A stretch of DNA of 64,000 nt from Eledone cirrhosa. Lineage: Eukaryota. Below the pieces are notes generated by a model. The model was not told where the DNA came from, made no database searches, and was given only the letters and a program-made list of their open reading frames with translations. The DNA lies in the NCBI GenBank assembly GCA_964016885.1, contig OZ024762.1, positions 6,076,001 through 6,140,000 on the forward strand. Direction: 5' to 3'. The translations under genes were made by a program, and so were the position numbers. Below are positions 61,135-64,000 of the stretch, in pieces (the first letter of the stretch is position 1; every line of letters begins with the position of its first letter).

Positions 61135-61570
61135 GTGTGATATATACCATAGACTAGCTGTGGTATATACCATTGACTAGCTGTGGTATATACCATTGAC
61201 TAGCATGTTATATACTATATAGTAGCAGTGGCAAACCAGTGGTATATACCATTGACTAGAGGTAAACCAGTGGTATATACCATTGACGAGGTAAACCAGT
61301 GGTATGCACCATTTACTAGAGGTAAACCAGTGGTATACACCATTGACTAGCTGTGGTATATACCATAGACTAGCTGTGGTATATACCATTGACTAGCTGT
61401 GATATATACCATTGACTGCCATGTTATATACTATATAGTAGCAGTGGTAAACCAGTGGTATACACCATTGTCTAAAGATAAAGCAATTGACTATGGGTAA
61501 ACTAATGGCATATACCATTGATTAGAGGTAAGTTAATGGTATATAGGGTGTGTGGTATATACCACAGAGT
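61135..61570. repeat. Degenerate 23-30 bp minisatellite with an internal palindrome
   Basis: Repeats of GTGGTATATACCATTGACTAG(CT/AGGTAAACCA). TGGTATATACCA is self-complementary. Confidence 0.85.
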
Positions 61571-61724
61571 AGCAATGGTAAGCCATAAAGCAGAAGTAAT
61601 GCCTCAGTAAGATTAATCTGTTTTAGTTTTTATCTAAATTATTTGTATTGCAAGTTGGGGATTTAATTCTTGAATTCGTATTACAAACGTTTGGCTGCCA
61701 TTTTCACTGTCCCCTATTTTGTAG

Positions 61725-61780
61725 CTTTACACCTGTTGAACCCAACTTTTGAAAAGGTGTCCTTCAGTAAGAATGTACAG
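61725..61780 (+). CDS. PHYHD1: PHYHD1 coding exon 5
   Basis: ttgtag| (A)LHLLNPTFEKVSFSKNVQ |gtaagt. Confidence 0.92.
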
Positions 61781-61859
61781 GTAAGTTGATTCTTATAACA
61801 ACTCCAATTTCAAATCATCATCATCAATATCATCATCACTGTTTAACGTCTATTTTTTT

Positions 61860-61890
<31 letters not shown>

Positions 61891-62527
61891 AATTATTGTG
61901 TACAGTGCTCAGGTGCACTACAACTCATCAAAGGTGCATGTATAGTACATAGAATAATGTACAAATGTCAGGAAAATGAACAGTGTATGAGTCATGATAT
62001 AATAATAATAACAATAATGAAATATTGTGTACAGTGCCCAGGTGCACCACAACTCATCAAAAAAGTCACATGTACAGTACATAGGGCAATGCACAAACAT
62101 CAATAAAATGAACAGTGCACGAGTCATGATACACACATAGGTTAGATAGGTTGTCCCATTCTGAAGCCAGATTGGTCAGATGAACATATCCTGCTCATAT
62201 GCTCCAATTTGGTTTCTACGGTTGGATGCCCATGTAATAGGAGCATGCTTTCCCATATGGATGAAAAGCAAAGCTAACCTCAGTGGGATTTGAAATCATA
62301 ACTATGCCATGAAGCATCTTGTCCGAAGGGTTTTTAGATGAATATAACACTTCGGAATAAAATGTTTTGTACCTTAAAATAAGAGGTTGTTCGGTATTAA
62401 AATGGTTAAAATATTTTTGCCCATGTTGAAAGCATGAGCACCTAATCTCTAGAAAAACCTGCAGACTTACACACACACACATATACGTATATACAGAAAT
62501 TAATGTTTACAAAATATTTTTTCACAG

Positions 62528-62590
62528 GACATCTCACGCTCCCTTGGTTACAAAGACCCAGTTATTGTTCAAAGTATGTACATCTTTAAG
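62528..62590 (+). CDS. PHYHD1: PHYHD1 coding exon 6
   Basis: tcacag| DISRSLGYKDPVIVQSMYIFK |gtaaat. Contains the QSMYIFK motif. Confidence 0.95.
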
Positions 62591-62594
62591 GTAA

Positions 62595-62634
<40 letters not shown>

Positions 62635-62775
62635 ACTTCTGCTCACTACTTTTTTCCATCTATAGGGGTATTTTACCCACTTTTCTAAGCAATTATTTAG
62701 AACAACAAACTGTATTTACAATTATTTCTGTGTCTGAATTTCTTACATTTACTATGAATTATTTTTATATTTCAG

Positions 62776-62797
62776 CAACCTCATTTTGGTGATGCTG
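62776..62797 (+). CDS. PHYHD1: PHYHD1 coding exon 7 (22-nt microexon)
   Basis: tttcag| QPHFGDA+G |gtaagt. Needed to keep the frame between exons 6 and 8. Confidence 0.92.
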
Positions 62798-62816
62798 GTA
62801 AGTTAAATATTTCCTT

Positions 62817-63078
62817 TCATTAAAATAATTGTTTCTACTTTTTGGCACAAGGCCAGCAATTAACCAGTACATTACTGGTACTTTATTTCATTAAAATAAT
62901 TGTTTCTACTTTTTGGCACAAGGCCAGCAATTAACCAGTACATTACTGGTACTTTATTTTATCAACCCCGTAAGGATGAAAGGCAAAGTTAACCTCGGCG
63001 GGAATTGAACTCAGATCGTAAAGGGACGTCACTCTATGCTGGAAAGCATAATCCAACCCTCTACTGATACTGCCAATT
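62817..63078 (-). mobile_element. SINE family A with tandemly duplicated 3' end
   Basis: Reverse complement of the family A core. The ~71-bp 3' segment is repeated. Confidence 0.85.
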
Positions 63079-63592
63079 CACTTAAAATAATATTAGCTAT
63101 TTACTTGATGCCTTGTACCTACTGCATTATGTATATATAAACACATTTATGTATGTAAACACATGCATTTATATGTATAATGTATATGTATACATTTATA
63201 TTATGTAAACATACAAAATCATATATTTGTAAACACACACGTTAATATAAGCTTGTTCTACTATTTATCATTGAAAAAAAATCAAAAGCTGTGTTGATGC
63301 TGCTTACTTTAAGCTAACACATTTTTTATTAACTTTAACCCTTTAGCTTTTAAACCGGCTGTATCCGGCCAGAATTCTCTCACCTTTTTCTGTTTAAACC
63401 AGTCATAATCGGCTGCTCATACTTATGTAAGGCATTGTTCTCAAAATAGATAATATCAAAATCTCATATTTTCAATATTATGTGAGATAAAGCCTTTTCT
63501 GTGAAAATACAATAGTAAATATAGAATAATGTGAATGCTAAAGGGTTAAAAGAAAAAAGAAAAAAATGAAAAAGTGAACAGAATTAATTTAA

Positions 63593-63962
<370 letters not shown>

Positions 63963-64000
63963 CTATATATTTTCATTAATACAGGGTATATATAGGAATT

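Overview
AT-rich, repeat-dense eukaryotic DNA. The mix of huge (TA/CA)n arrays, tRNA-derived SINEs and RTE LINEs suggests an octopus-like cephalopod (inference only). About 1-20 kb is almost entirely microsatellite, interrupted by three nested copies of one retroposon-like segment and a decayed RTE LINE; the long ORFs there are artefacts. 20-53 kb holds SINEs, a Tc1/mariner element, a Penelope-type GIY-YIG fragment, three decayed CRE-like retrotransposons and some weakly supported orphan exons. The one confidently identified gene is a spliced PHYHD1 homologue on the + strand (8 coding exons, 53922-63746, continuing beyond the window). The most striking unannotated signal is a set of sequence-diverse minimal type I hammerhead ribozyme motifs with a palindromic stem III. 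Several sit in fold-back cassettes next to (TA)n tracts, one has an extra core nucleotide, and one lies in sense orientation in a PHYHD1 intron.
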